NCBI GenBank assembly: GCA_963733035.1
Contig: CAVTBU010000003.1
Coordinates: forward strand, 21,635-85,634
DNA: 64,000 nt
Direction: 5' to 3'
DNA from: Pirellulales bacterium
GTDB lineage: Bacteria; Planctomycetota; Planctomycetia; Pirellulales; PALSA-1355
The notes beneath the pieces were generated by a model, which was not told the DNA's origin, searched no databases, and saw only the letters and a list, made by a program, of their open reading frames with translations. Of this stretch, positions 30,438 to 41,144 are shown in pieces; the stretch's first letter is position 1; every line of letters starts with the position of its first letter. Position numbers and translations under genes: made by a program.

Positions 30438-31427
30438 TCAGCCGCCGCTTTGGATGCTCATTTCGGCTTCGGCCACTTCGGTCACGCGGGGCATGCGCCG
30501 CCAGCCGGCCACATATAGGATAATCGAAATGGCCAGCTCCGACACGACCATCACCAGGCGGTAAAAAATGGCTGAAACGACGGCCATGCTTTCTCCGTAC
30601 ATCGGCTCGATGAGCTGCGCCGAGACCCATTCGCGAACGGCCAATCCGCCCGGAATCTGCGAAAGAAACCCGGCCACGAGCGACAACGCGACGGCCGTCG
30701 TGTGCAGTGAAAGTTCGTGAAACGGCCCCTGATCGGTTGCTCCCAGTCCCCGCAAGGTCGCCCATAGGCTCATGCCCTGCAGGAGCCAGCCGAAGGCGAT
30801 GGTCAGCCAGCCGACGACGAGCATGTTCCAACTAATCTTGCGGAATTTCTTGCCGGCGGTCGGATTCAGCCGCGTTACGCCCAGGGTGCGCAACAGAAAC
30901 TCAAAAAAGAACGGGGCGGTCGGCGCACCCAGCAAGACGATCGACCCGGCGGCCGTGGCGATGAGCAACGTTTGATTCGGATGCCAGATCACGAGAACCA
31001 GGGCGGAAATCGCGGAGCCCACGGCCAGCATCGTGAAGGTGTCAAAAAAGACGCTCGCCGCGACGACCGTGTGTTCGACCTTCGGATCGCGAAGCAACAC
31101 GCGACGCAGCAAGATGACCATCCACTTGCCCGGCACATACTTGCCAAGTTGCGAGATGTAATAGGCCCGAATCGACTCCATTGGTCTGGCAGGCTGATCG
31201 GTGGCCAATAGGATTCGGTACCAAAAAAGGGCGAACGGGAACATTCCGGCCAGGTACAAGAGCCCGGAAACGAGCAGCCAAACCGGCTCCACGTGCCATT
31301 TGTGCTGGCTAAGTTGCTGGTTGCCAGTATGGAGCGCATGGTAGATGGCCCAACACAGCAGACCGAACACTCCCAGCTTGAGAGCTACGACGAGCCAATG
31401 GGTCCAGCGCTTTTTCGATTCGCTCAC
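30438..31427 (-). CDS. Lysylphosphatidylglycerol-synthase-TM (flippase-like) membrane protein
   Basis: YYISQLGKYVPGK, PGGLAVRE and R...E in the last helix, about 8 TM segments. GTG 31427 chosen as start. Confidence 0.8.
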   Translation of the reverse strand: MSESKKRWTHWLVVALKLGVFGLLCWAIYHALHTGNQQLSQHKWHVEPVWLLVSGLLYLAGMFPFALFWYRILLATDQPARPMESIRAYYISQLGKYVPGKWMVILLRRVLLRDPKVEHTVVAASVFFDTFTMLAVGSAISALVLVIWHPNQTLLIATAAGSIVLLGAPTAPFFFEFLLRTLGVTRLNPTAGKKFRKISWNMLVVGWLTIAFGWLLQGMSLWATLRGLGATDQGPFHELSLHTTAVALSLVAGFLSQIPGGLAVREWVSAQLIEPMYGESMAVVSAIFYRLVMVVSELAISIILYVAGWRRMPRVTEVAEAEMSIQSGG

Positions 31428-31632
31428 GAGGGTGCCCGTCGAGTGGTGTTGGCCGCGAAACCCATATTCTGTCGTTGGCCTGAGAATCAAACAAGAGCGG
31501 TCGCGTAAGCCTGGAGGGATAGTAAAGGGTCGGGCAAGCTGTTGGTTGGGGACAGCTGCTTCGACTACATCAGATGCTCCTCGGGTGATACCATGAGTTG
31601 AGCACTTGGTTTGTAAACCCGCAGGTATCGTT

Positions 31633-32712
31633 ATGAATGCGCTTTTCGTTGTCGTTGCCACCGCCGCGCTGGGCATCGAAGTGGGCTGGGAGCCGCTACC
31701 CGGTGGAGGCCACGAATATACGATTCAGATCGAGCCCCAACTGCTCGACGTGCTGGAAAAGGGGGAAGACGAAATCTACAGCGACGTGCCCGCCGGGATC
31801 GACGTTCGACGCTATCGAATTGTCGTTGGCGTGGGCAAACTGCGGCGTGAGGCCGGTCCGCTTGTGCCGGAAGCTGCACCGGCAGCGGGTGCTCATTCGC
31901 CAGCTGACAATGAGCCAACAGCCAGGTCTCCAATGGCGCAGCCACCTGTCGACCGTGGGACGGTTGTCAACCAACAAGTCCCTCCGAGTGCCGCACCTGC
32001 CGTCGAAGTGCCGCCCGCCGCTGCCAATCCGGCGGAAAGCCATGTTGCTGCCGGCCACGATCCATTTGGGACGCCTCCGAGCGATGATCGTGGCCTCGGC
32101 GAGATTCCACCGGCGACGGGGCAGCATCACGACGGGCAGCCGACGGTCGCCGGCAACGATCCCTACGAATCGTCGGGCGTTAGCGGAGAGCCGGCTGAGA
32201 AACCTGCGGTTGACCCCGACTTTCCGCAACATCAAATGCCCGAGCTGCCGTCGGCCAGCGAATCGCCTGCGACCGAGCCGCCTCCGGCCGGACATCCAGC
32301 GACCGACAAGCCCCCGGCGGTTGACCCTTGGGCCAAGCGTCAAGACGCGCCGTCTCCGAGCGATGCGCAGACACCGCCGCTGGCCAACGTTGATCGCAAG
32401 GACGCACCAACCGCCGAACAGCCGCCCGGCAAGCTTCCGGCCGATAGCGCCGTGGCGGGGCACATCAAGCAAACCACGTTTGGCGATGCGAAGGTTTCGT
32501 CGTCGGAGGCTGAACCTCGCGACGCGGCCAAGCCGGCCTTGGACGGTGAGCCGCCTGGTAAGGGGCCAACCGAGGCGTGGCTGCCGCTGTTTATCGCCAT
32601 CGTGCTGCTGGCTTGTTCGCTGGGTGGCAATGTATACCTAGGCTGGGTGGCTGTCGATGCGCGCGCCCGATACCGCAACGTGGTTGCGAAGTTTCGCGGC
32701 GCCGCGGCGTAG
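31633..32712 (+). CDS. Hypothetical protein: small N-terminal domain, long Pro/Ala-rich linker, C-terminal TM anchor
   Basis: Hydrophobic N-terminus, GWEP...EYTIQIEP block, low-complexity middle and C-terminal WLPLFIAIVLLACSLGGNVYLGW plus basic tail. Confidence 0.7.
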   Translation: MNALFVVVATAALGIEVGWEPLPGGGHEYTIQIEPQLLDVLEKGEDEIYSDVPAGIDVRRYRIVVGVGKLRREAGPLVPEAAPAAGAHSPADNEPTARSPMAQPPVDRGTVVNQQVPPSAAPAVEVPPAAANPAESHVAAGHDPFGTPPSDDRGLGEIPPATGQHHDGQPTVAGNDPYESSGVSGEPAEKPAVDPDFPQHQMPELPSASESPATEPPPAGHPATDKPPAVDPWAKRQDAPSPSDAQTPPLANVDRKDAPTAEQPPGKLPADSAVAGHIKQTTFGDAKVSSSEAEPRDAAKPALDGEPPGKGPTEAWLPLFIAIVLLACSLGGNVYLGWVAVDARARYRNVVAKFRGAAA

Positions 32713-32748
32713 GACGCAGCGGACCTGTCGGTTGCAGCGAAGGCGAGC

Positions 32749-34541
32749 TTAGAATTCCAGTGCGCGAAAGGCCTTCAGCCCGAGCCGCATGGGAACGACC
32801 GTGGCCACGGCGCCGGTCAGGCAGGCGGCCACGATGCCACCGATCAGCCAGTATTGGATGCGGAGCGCGTCGGCGTCGGTCTGACGAACCGCCAAATAGA
32901 AATGGGTCGGCAGCGCGGTGAGCATCACGATGACGATGATGTAGATCGCGCTGATCACCAGATTGAGCGTGCCGCCGAAGCCGGCGGCGATTTTTGACGG
33001 CGACTCCTCGCGCAAATCCGGCATCTTGGCCCCCAGTCCCACCGCTATTCCGGATAGCCCAAGGCAAAGCAACAGGCAGGTCAGCTGGTGGATTGCCAGC
33101 ACCAGTGGCGCCACTCGCAGCATGTAATCGCTCAGCAGGATCAACACGCAACTGGGAATCGTGGACCCGGCGGCCGCGAACAGAAACTTTCCCCACAGCA
33201 CCGATTCTCGCCGCACCGGCAACATACTGAGGATCCAAAACCGCCGTCCCTCGAGGCTCAGCATCGGAAAGATGAATCGCGTCGTGAAGGTCGACAGAAT
33301 CAGCCCCACGACGGCAAGATTCAAGAAGCTGATCATGTTGACCCAGGCCGTGTAGTTCACGTCATAGCTGAACCGCCGAATATTGGCGAAATACAACGCC
33401 AACAGACCAAAGAAGATCAGGAATTGCGACCACTGGACCGGGTCGCGGCGAAACAGCCGCAGATCCTTGACGATCAACAGCCGCATCTGCGGGGTCAACA
33501 GCGGCGTCGCCCGCATCACCAGCCGGTCCAGCCAGAAGTCGCGGCGTGGGCGCCGCCGGGCATGGTCGGTGCGTAGTTCGCTGTAGCTCGAGCGATAGAT
33601 CCGACTGGCGAGCCAAACGGCCAGCACGCGCAGAAACAGCGCGTTGGAAATCAAGAGCGACAGAAACAACAGGCTTTCGGCCCAGGGTGCGCTTCCCAGC
33701 CGGCCAGCGTCGTTGCGCGACGCTTCCAATAGCCCCGAACTTAGCCACCAGCTAGGCAGCAGTCGGTGCTCGCTGAATTGCAGTCGGCCGAGCATCTCCT
33801 GAAACCAGTTGGCGGTGAGCAGATTTCCTTCCGTCTTGGCGAACAGCGACCAGCCGACGGCCAGTATGCCGAATATTGTCAGGCCGCCAACCAGCCACAG
33901 CGCCTGCCGTCGAATGCCAGCCAAATGGTGCACGAAGAGCATGCATAGAATCGCGCCGATGCCGCCCGGGATGTAGACAAAAGCGGCCATGAAGGGTAGC
34001 AACAGCACGAAGTAATACCAGGGCGCGTCGACTTGCAGTCCGTAGGCCACGAGCATGGGACTTCCGAGCAGCAGAAAACCCCAACTGCTAAACACAATGG
34101 CCTCTTGAAACTTATGCAGCACGATTCGCTCGGGCGCACCGGAGTTGTCAGCAAGAACTCGGCTTCGGAGGAGCAATACAGCCCGCCATAGAAAATGATG
34201 GCCGAAGACAGTACGAGCATCACCAATAGCGAGGCGAAGAACACGTTGTAAATCGCCTGCACGGTCTCGGCCCGCGTGACGGGGTGGTCGATCGTCATGT
34301 CGAGAAACTGGAAGCCGCCACCAAACAATCGAAACAACCCGTACCAAAAAAGGAGACTCAACAACACGACCAGGGAAACCCGCAAACGAGCTGTGCTCAG
34401 CGCTTGCCGAAGCATGGTCCGAATCATTTGAGCGCGGATACGCCACAGCAGCTGTGCTTCGGCTTGGGGCGAAAGCGGCGGTTTCAGCGGCGTGGCGGGA
34501 TCCACGGCTACCTGGCCGAGCTGTCCGGCAAGGGAACTCAT
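32749..34541 (-). CDS. Putative ABC transporter permease (one frameshift at ~34133)
   Basis: ORF 33879..34541 joins ORF 32749.. via EFLLTTPVRPERIVLHKF after adding one base at GGG 34132-34134. Also KDLRLFRRDP.QW and SLEGRRFWIL. ATGA overlap with the upstream ATPase. Confidence 0.8.
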
Positions 34542-35323
34542 TGCGGGTGTCCCTCCGGCAGGGACTGGGAAGACGGGTCCACCGGGGCGGCGGCAGCTCC
34601 TTCGAGCGACGTGAAGCTGAGGTACAGGTGTTCGAGTGAAGTTTCGTGCGTGGCCAGTTGTTTTCGCAACTGATCAATCGTACCGAGAAACCGCAGCTCC
34701 CCCTGGTCGACAATTCCCACGCGATCGGCAATTTCCTCGGCGATCGACAACAGATGCGTGGACATGAAGATCGTCTGGCCGCCGCGGGCCTTTGCCCTGA
34801 GCAAATCCTTGATGATCCGCACGCTGCGCGGATCGAGTCCGACCATGGGTTCGTCGATGACCAAGACCTTCGGATCGTGCAGCATCGCGGCGGCAAACGC
34901 GACCCGCTGTTTCATTCCATGGGAGTAGCTTTCGGTGAGATCATCGACAAAATCCCGCAGCTGAAAGACGTCGATTTGTTCGGCGATGCGCCGGTCGGCT
35001 ACCTCTCGCTCCATTCCGTACATGTCGGCAATGAATCTCAGAAATTCGGCGCCGGAAAGCTTGTCGTACAGATACGGTACGTCGGGGACGTATCCCAACA
35101 GTCGATTCGCCGCGTGCTGGCTGTCACTGACGTCGTGTCCGCACAGACGAATCGAGCCCGAACTTGGATGCAGCAGCCCCACCATCATCTTGATGGTGGT
35201 GGTTTTGCCGGCCCCGTTGGGCCCCAGAAACGCGAACAACTCTCCGCGTGGGATGTGCAGGTTCAAGCGGTTGACGGCCAACTTCGCGCCGTATCGCCGC
35301 GTCACGTTTTCGAAATCAATCAT
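34538..35323 (-). CDS. ABC transporter ATP-binding protein
   Basis: GPNGAGKTT, YSHGMKQR, DEPMVGLDP and STH. Confidence 0.93.
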   Translation of the reverse strand: MIDFENVTRRYGAKLAVNRLNLHIPRGELFAFLGPNGAGKTTTIKMMVGLLHPSSGSIRLCGHDVSDSQHAANRLLGYVPDVPYLYDKLSGAEFLRFIADMYGMEREVADRRIAEQIDVFQLRDFVDDLTESYSHGMKQRVAFAAAMLHDPKVLVIDEPMVGLDPRSVRIIKDLLRAKARGGQTIFMSTHLLSIAEEIADRVGIVDQGELRFLGTIDQLRKQLATHETSLEHLYLSFTSLEGAAAAPVDPSSQSLPEGHPQ

Positions 35324-35406
35324 GCCGACGACGAACGCTCCAGCGCGTGGTTCCGGGCAAGCCCCGCGCCGACCGGACATGCCGCGCGCGAATCGACTTG
35401 ATGTTC

Positions 35407-36396
35407 CTAAGATGGTTCGGCCATCAATTCCTCGAGTTGCGCGGCCTGTTCGAGCAGCAGTCGGTCGAGCAGTTCCTGGCCCAGACCGGGCGGCAGCCGC
35501 GTGCGCCAGTTGTCTGGCAGGGCTTCCCAAACCTGGCGCGCCTGTTCGTCAGAAAGTCGCTCGAACTGGATCGGTGACTTGAATGCGTTGACCTCCTGCC
35601 GCAACACGAGTCCGTCGTCGCGAACCCACATCCGCCCGCGGACTTCATCGCTGCTGCGGCCGGCCCCGGCGTCGCCGCGATAGACGACGACTCGGGCCTG
35701 AACGATTTCGTGATTCCACCGGAGCGGGTCTTCGCGTTCAACCGAGGCTTGCAGAATATCCATGGGACTGTGCGGAGAACGGAAGGGGGAATAGAGCGGC
35801 ACGGTCCAAGTTTGCCCAACGCGGAGATTGGGAAGCCGCGACTGCGGGGAGAGTTCATCGTTCATTGGCGAGTTGGGCGTCAGCGGCTGATAGATGGTGC
35901 CGCCGATGTCGCCCGACTTGACCGTTAACTTGAGCTTGGAGTCTTCTACCTGCCCCTGCACGCGAATGGCATCGGGGATGTCGGCCAGCCCGACGCGCGA
36001 CTCGAACTCCGAGAGCCGCCCCAGCGGATCGATGACGAACCAACTCTGCTTGTCGACGTCGAGTAGTTTCAGATTCGGGAAGACCGGCTTGAGCACGCTG
36101 GTCAACCAGCCGGGAGCAAGTTCATCGAGCGGCAACTGCGACAGATAAACGCGGTTGTAGAGTTCGCTGATGCCTTCGGGGCGGTGGACGAGTTTCGTTG
36201 CTGCCCAGCCAACGGTCCGGCTCTGCATGCGAATGGTCCAGCACGTGGGCGGTCCGTCGTCGCTGTCCTCAAGGATCGTGGCGTAGCTCGGAGGCTCTCC
36301 GACCCGCAGCGGCGGAACAATCTTCGCCACCACCAACCAACTCATGGTGGCCAGCCAGAACAGGACTACGATCAGATTGAAAGCCGGGTTCCCCAT
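35407..36396 (-). CDS. Hypothetical protein with N-terminal membrane anchor (first gene of the ABC operon)
   Basis: 329-aa ORF with N-terminal hydrophobic helix and beta-rich-looking remainder, co-oriented with the ABC genes. Confidence 0.7.
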   Translation of the reverse strand: MGNPAFNLIVVLFWLATMSWLVVAKIVPPLRVGEPPSYATILEDSDDGPPTCWTIRMQSRTVGWAATKLVHRPEGISELYNRVYLSQLPLDELAPGWLTSVLKPVFPNLKLLDVDKQSWFVIDPLGRLSEFESRVGLADIPDAIRVQGQVEDSKLKLTVKSGDIGGTIYQPLTPNSPMNDELSPQSRLPNLRVGQTWTVPLYSPFRSPHSPMDILQASVEREDPLRWNHEIVQARVVVYRGDAGAGRSSDEVRGRMWVRDDGLVLRQEVNAFKSPIQFERLSDEQARQVWEALPDNWRTRLPPGLGQELLDRLLLEQAAQLEELMAEPS

Positions 36397-36670
36397 GCGC
36401 TGGCGACAACGAAAAACGGGAACGGAAATTCACAAAACACTTGATCCAGTTTAATTCATTTGCAGCATCCTCGCGAGGCACTAGAGCTGGCAGTTCCGGC
36501 AAGCTGGGACGTCTGATATCCAACATACATGTTTCCCAAGTACCACGTTTTAGCGACCGGCTGGCGAACCTGGACAAATTGGCAAGTGTCTGAGGGTAAA
36601 TTGAAAGGCGAGAGGAGTTTCGTGCCGTGACGGATGACGGTGACGAGCGCATTGAGAAAACCGTTTGGAT

Positions 36671-36686
36671 TGTGATTTCTTTCACG
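36671..36686. promoter_or_regulatory. CRP/FNR-family-like operator
   Basis: TGTGA-TTTCTT-TCACG, a 9/10 match to TGTGA-N6-TCACA, in the 400-bp divergent intergenic region. Confidence 0.45.
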
Positions 36687-36796
36687 AATTCCGCGGGGAT
36701 TACACGCAAGTAATGTCGCTTATGATTGCTGAAAATCACACGATGGCGTACGATGATGGGACTTCGCAGTGCGGGCAAGGTAACGGAGGTACCCCG

Positions 36797-37021
36797 ATGT
36801 CGCGATCGACTTATTTCGTTCAGGAATGTCCGACTTGCGGCCGTAGCTTGCAGATTTGCGTCGAACATCTCGGCCGACAAGTCGTCTGCCAACATTGCCA
36901 CGGACGATTTGAAGCGAGCCAAGGAATGCGGACGCCCCGTGGAACCGCCGCGGATCTTCTCCGGCGCGCCGACGAGCTCTTGGCGTCGTCGATGAATCAG
37001 CGACAGCCGCCCGCTGCCTAG
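36797..37021 (+). CDS. Small Zn-ribbon protein (74 aa)
   Basis: Strong RBS GGAGGT, CPTC...CQHC pair and short C-terminal helix LLRRADELL. Confidence 0.8.
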   Translation: MSRSTYFVQECPTCGRSLQICVEHLGRQVVCQHCHGRFEASQGMRTPRGTAADLLRRADELLASSMNQRQPPAA

Positions 37022-37119
37022 TGAAGCGTCAGCTGCCAAGCGAAGATTGAGGACGACGCTGTGCGCCTCGAGCTCGTCTGCAACCCTGCAATTGTCCACG
37101 CCAGCGGGTGAATTTCTGT

Positions 37120-38407
37120 CTAGCGGCGAAGTTGCTCAAGGTCTTTCCAAAAGCCGGGGTACGTTTTGGCGGTGCATTGTGGGTCGTTGATGATGACACC
37201 GGGGATCGCCAAACCCGGCAAGGCAAGGCTCATGGCCATGCGGTGGTCGTCGTAGGTGTCGATCGTGGCGCCGTGCAAGTCATTTGGCGAAATCCGCAGT
37301 CCGTCGGCACGCTCTTCGACGGTCGCTCCGAACTTGCGCAGCTCCGTTGCCAGGGCTCCTATGCGATCGGTTTCCTTGTGGCGGATGTGGCCGACGTTGC
37401 GGATGTTGGTTGCGCCCTGGGCAAAGAGGGCTACGGCCCCCAGGGTTTGCACGGTGTCGCTGATGGCATTCATGTCGACGTCGACTCCCCGCAGCGGCCC
37501 GCCCTCGACGGCCGTTCCGCCCTGCTCCTCGCGGACGCGGCACCCCATCTGGGCAAGCACGTCACAAAATGCCACGTCGCCCTGCAGGCTGTGCCGGCCG
37601 AGACCCTCGACGCGGACGCGCCCAGCGGTAATTGCCGCCGCCGCCCAAAAGTAACTAGCGGCCGAGGCGTCCGGTTCAATCTCGTAGCGGGCCGCCTGAT
37701 ATCCCTTTGGCGCAATCTGAAAATGCTTCCAGTCCGCGGTCACTTTCAGCTCGGCGCCGAACGAGCGCATGACGGCAACGGTCATTGCGACATACGGCAC
37801 CGACACCAGTTCGCCGACAATTTCGATTTCAAACGGATTGCCGGCCTCCGCCGCCGCACAAGGTGCGGCCAGCAGCACGGCGCTTAGAAACTGGCTGGAG
37901 ACGTCGCCACGAATCGACGTCTTTCGAGCGGGTAGCCCGTTCGCATGCACGACGACCGGCGGGCAGCCGGTGGCCGCTTCGCTCTCGGCGCGGACGCCGA
38001 GGCCGCCGAGCGCGTCGAGCAGGTCTTGAATGGGTCGCTCGTGCATTCGCGGCGTACCATGCAAGCGATACGTGCCATGGCCCAGCGCCACCAGGGCTGT
38101 CAGAAATCGTACCGTCGTGCCGCTGTTGGCGATGTATAAGTCGGCGCTCGCTACGGGTAGGCTGCCATTGCAGCCATCGAGCTCGGCCGTGTGACGCTCG
38201 TGATCGACACGCACTGGCAGGCCGAGACGGACAAGCGCGTCGAGCATAACGCGGGTGTCTTCACTATCGAGCACGCTGGTGAGACGGCTCGTGCCTTGAG
38301 CCAATGCCGCGCAAACCACGCGCACGGTTCGTCAGGCTTTTCGAACCGGGTGGTCGCACATTTGCGTTGGGCGGCGCGGCTAGGGGTTCGATTTCGATGC
38401 TCGACAT
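37120..38407 (-). CDS. aroA: 3-phosphoshikimate 1-carboxyvinyltransferase (one frameshift at ~38320)
   Basis: N-terminus MSSIEIEP...PPGSKSLTNRA from ATG 38407 joins the main ORF (NSGTTVRF, SSQFLS, DASAASY, KETDRI, DHRMAM, KTYP) after removing one base. Confidence 0.93.
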
Positions 38408-38434
38408 GGAACAGTGCGAGGGACCAAGGAGAGT

Positions 38435-39682
38435 CTAGGGGGCGGCGATCTTCCAGAGGTGGCCGTCGCTGCGGATATAGAGCGCGCCACCGGCGAGCGC
38501 GGGTGAGCTTTGGATCTCACCGTTGAATTGTCCGGTTCCGATCAATTTGCCTTGCTCGCCGTCATCGGCAATCTCGACAACCTGTCCCAGACCCTTCTTG
38601 CTGACGGCATATAATCGGTTGCCGGCCAGCACCGGAGTGCCCCAGAACTCACCATCCAGCCGTGTGCGCCAGAGAACTTTGCCATCGTCGGCGCTTGCGC
38701 AAGTGAGCACGCCGGCGCGGTTGATGGCAAGTAGCCGCCCGTCGCCAACCACGACGCTGGCCGCCCCTGGTTGTAGATTCTGCGAGTTCCAGAGGATTTC
38801 GGGCTCGGCCCCGGAGCCGGGCTTGAGGGCCGTCACACCCTTGGAGGCAACATAGATCGTTTGGTCGGCAACCGTGGGTGACGAAATCGCATCGCAAGCG
38901 ACTTCATAGGCCCACGCTTGCTGGCCGGTATCAACGCGGTGCGCGGTGAGGTGCTTGGGTGACTGCAGCAAGACGAGCGTGTCTTTGGGTTTTGAGCCGC
39001 GGAGTAAGACCGGGGACGACCAACTGGCGTCCTTGGGGCGCGGAATCTTCCAGCGCGGTTCGCCGGTCAGCTTGTCGACGGCTGTGGCGAACGAGTCGCC
39101 TTGACATTCCACTTGCGCGATCACGACGTCGTCGGCAACCACGGGAGAACTCGACATGCCCACGTCGTTGCCGGCAGCCGGATAGTCGTGAGCCAGTCCG
39201 CGAAACCACTTCAGATTGCCATCCAAGTCAAGACAAGCCAGATCGTTGGATGAAAAGAACGCGAAGATCAGGTTGCCATCGCTGGCCGGAGTCGGCGCCG
39301 CGTTGGCGCTGCTGGGGTGGGTCAACGTGCGACCGGTAGCCCAAAACTGGCGCTCCCAAAGTTGACTTCCGTCGGCGGCATCGAAACAAAGCACGTGCAA
39401 TCGATCCTGATTGACGCCGCTTGATGCCGTGACGAATACCCGCGATCCGACCACGATCGGGCTCGACGGGCCGCGCCCTGGCAACTTCACTTTCCAGGCC
39501 ACGTTCTGGCCATCGGAGTCCGACCACTGGGCCGGAGGTTGCGCCGAATCGCTCACGCTGCGGCTGTCCGGCCCCCGAAACTGCGGCCAATCGGCGGCCC
39601 GGGCTGCCAGGACGAACACTCCCGCGACGGCCGCGGTCGCAAACGCTAGCTTCCAGGTCGCGAATCTTGGCTGGTGGATCAT
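38435..39682 (-). CDS. Secreted PQQ-like beta-propeller protein
   Basis: Signal peptide ending ARA, DWPQFRGP, repeated SSP and DG...W units, C-terminal SSPAL...LYIRS. Confidence 0.85.
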   Translation of the reverse strand: MIHQPRFATWKLAFATAAVAGVFVLAARAADWPQFRGPDSRSVSDSAQPPAQWSDSDGQNVAWKVKLPGRGPSSPIVVGSRVFVTASSGVNQDRLHVLCFDAADGSQLWERQFWATGRTLTHPSSANAAPTPASDGNLIFAFFSSNDLACLDLDGNLKWFRGLAHDYPAAGNDVGMSSSPVVADDVVIAQVECQGDSFATAVDKLTGEPRWKIPRPKDASWSSPVLLRGSKPKDTLVLLQSPKHLTAHRVDTGQQAWAYEVACDAISSPTVADQTIYVASKGVTALKPGSGAEPEILWNSQNLQPGAASVVVGDGRLLAINRAGVLTCASADDGKVLWRTRLDGEFWGTPVLAGNRLYAVSKKGLGQVVEIADDGEQGKLIGTGQFNGEIQSSPALAGGALYIRSDGHLWKIAAP

Positions 39683-39712
39683 CTCGCAAGGTCTCCCTGG
39701 TGGGCGAGGAAA

Positions 39713-40900
39713 TTAGCGGGTGGCGCTATCGGTTTCGAGTTTTTTCGGATTCGGGTCGCTGGGGGGACGATTCGTGGCCAGTACGGCCTTGCCCGTCGGG
39801 TCGCAGACGCGGAGTTGAAAAGCCCAATTCTGCGCCCAGTCGACGGTTTGCTCGTCTTGGCAGACCTTAAGCAGGATGACGTTGCGTCCCTTCTGCAATT
39901 CGCCGTGGCCCGTGTATTGATCGATCGCTGAGTTGGCGTGATATTTTTCCGCCTCGAAGAGCAAGTGGCCGTTGAGCCAGATCTTGCAGGCGTTTTCCGA
40001 CCCCAGGCGCAATTCGATGGGCTGCTGTCGATCGCTCTCGAAATCCGCCACGGCATAGCCGACGGCGCCCATGTGTTTGCCGATGGCCTTATTGAGGTCG
40101 ACCGAACCATAGGGATCGTCGGTGTGGTGCGAAAACCACTTCAACGGACCAGCGGGAGATTCGTAGGTTGCCTGAAGGTCAATTTTTTCCTCCGGAGGAT
40201 AAACCGCGTTGAAGCCTTTGCCTCCGCGGTTGTCGAATGGGCCGACGAGTTTCCAGTCGACCAGGAAGCCGTAGTGGTGGGCCAGATCGACGGGCTTGCC
40301 CAGTTTTTCCAACGCCTCGGTGATCGTTTTGATCTGGTCCAGGTCGCGGGCCGCATCGAGGGCCTCACGATATTTCTCGATCGCGATCTCGGGTTTTCCG
40401 TCGCGGTCAGATTGTTCCGCACTGGTGAGCAGCCTCGCCACGGCGTCGCGGCGCATCTCCAGGCTCGGATCGTCGAGCATGTCAGGGATCAGACGCTCGG
40501 GCGCCGTTTCGTCGACGCGAGCAATCCATTCATAAGCCAGGCGGCGTGCGCGCGGGTTGTGTCCGGTGTGCGACAGGAATTTCTCCAGTCGATCGACCGG
40601 GAGTTTGCCGGTCCGCTGAACGTTCTTTTCCGCGATCGAATCGACCGCGGCTCGGAGCCAATTTTCCGCTAGCGGGCCGGCACCATCCATGCCGGCCAGA
40701 ATGGTGGTCAGGTCGTCGGCGTCGGCTCGCGAAGTGAGTTCGGCCCAGGCATAACTTGCTTCGCGGTGTCCGTGCCCTTCGGGCTGCACGTTGCGGAGCG
40801 CTTTCAGCAAGGGAGCGAATTCAGGCGATTGGCCTGGCGCCGGAGCCAACCAGGACGAGATAAATAGCAACAGGATCGAGGCGCGTAGCACAAGTCGCAT
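39713..40900 (-). CDS. Secreted hypothetical protein with helical-repeat N-terminal region and beta-rich C-terminal domain
   Basis: Signal peptide from ATG 40900, HEAT-like LDDPSLEMRRDAV, then WKLVGPFDN...KIWLNG...LQKGRNVILLKV. Confidence 0.7.
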   Translation of the reverse strand: MRLVLRASILLLFISSWLAPAPGQSPEFAPLLKALRNVQPEGHGHREASYAWAELTSRADADDLTTILAGMDGAGPLAENWLRAAVDSIAEKNVQRTGKLPVDRLEKFLSHTGHNPRARRLAYEWIARVDETAPERLIPDMLDDPSLEMRRDAVARLLTSAEQSDRDGKPEIAIEKYREALDAARDLDQIKTITEALEKLGKPVDLAHHYGFLVDWKLVGPFDNRGGKGFNAVYPPEEKIDLQATYESPAGPLKWFSHHTDDPYGSVDLNKAIGKHMGAVGYAVADFESDRQQPIELRLGSENACKIWLNGHLLFEAEKYHANSAIDQYTGHGELQKGRNVILLKVCQDEQTVDWAQNWAFQLRVCDPTGKAVLATNRPPSDPNPKKLETDSATR

Positions 40901-41144
40901 GCAAGAGTCTCGGCGGGGTACACGGCGGCGGTGGCGATATCGGCGACATTGTACCGGATGGCTCGGCACTTGGGAACGCGGCGCCGGGGGCACTAGAGAT
41001 GCGTCGTTGGTCGGCGTCGCAAGCGGTTTCGTCATTGTGCAATGCGGTTTGCCGCGACGGGCTGGCCCACCGCGCCAGCGTAGTGTGTTTCGCCGCGCGG
41101 GACTACAATAGAGACCGAACGCGGAAAAATGACCGGGAGACGCC

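Noticed and set aside
41033..41044. Short palindrome CATTG-TG-CAATG in a divergent promoter region
   Set aside because: Single copy with 5-bp arms, not distinguishable from chance.
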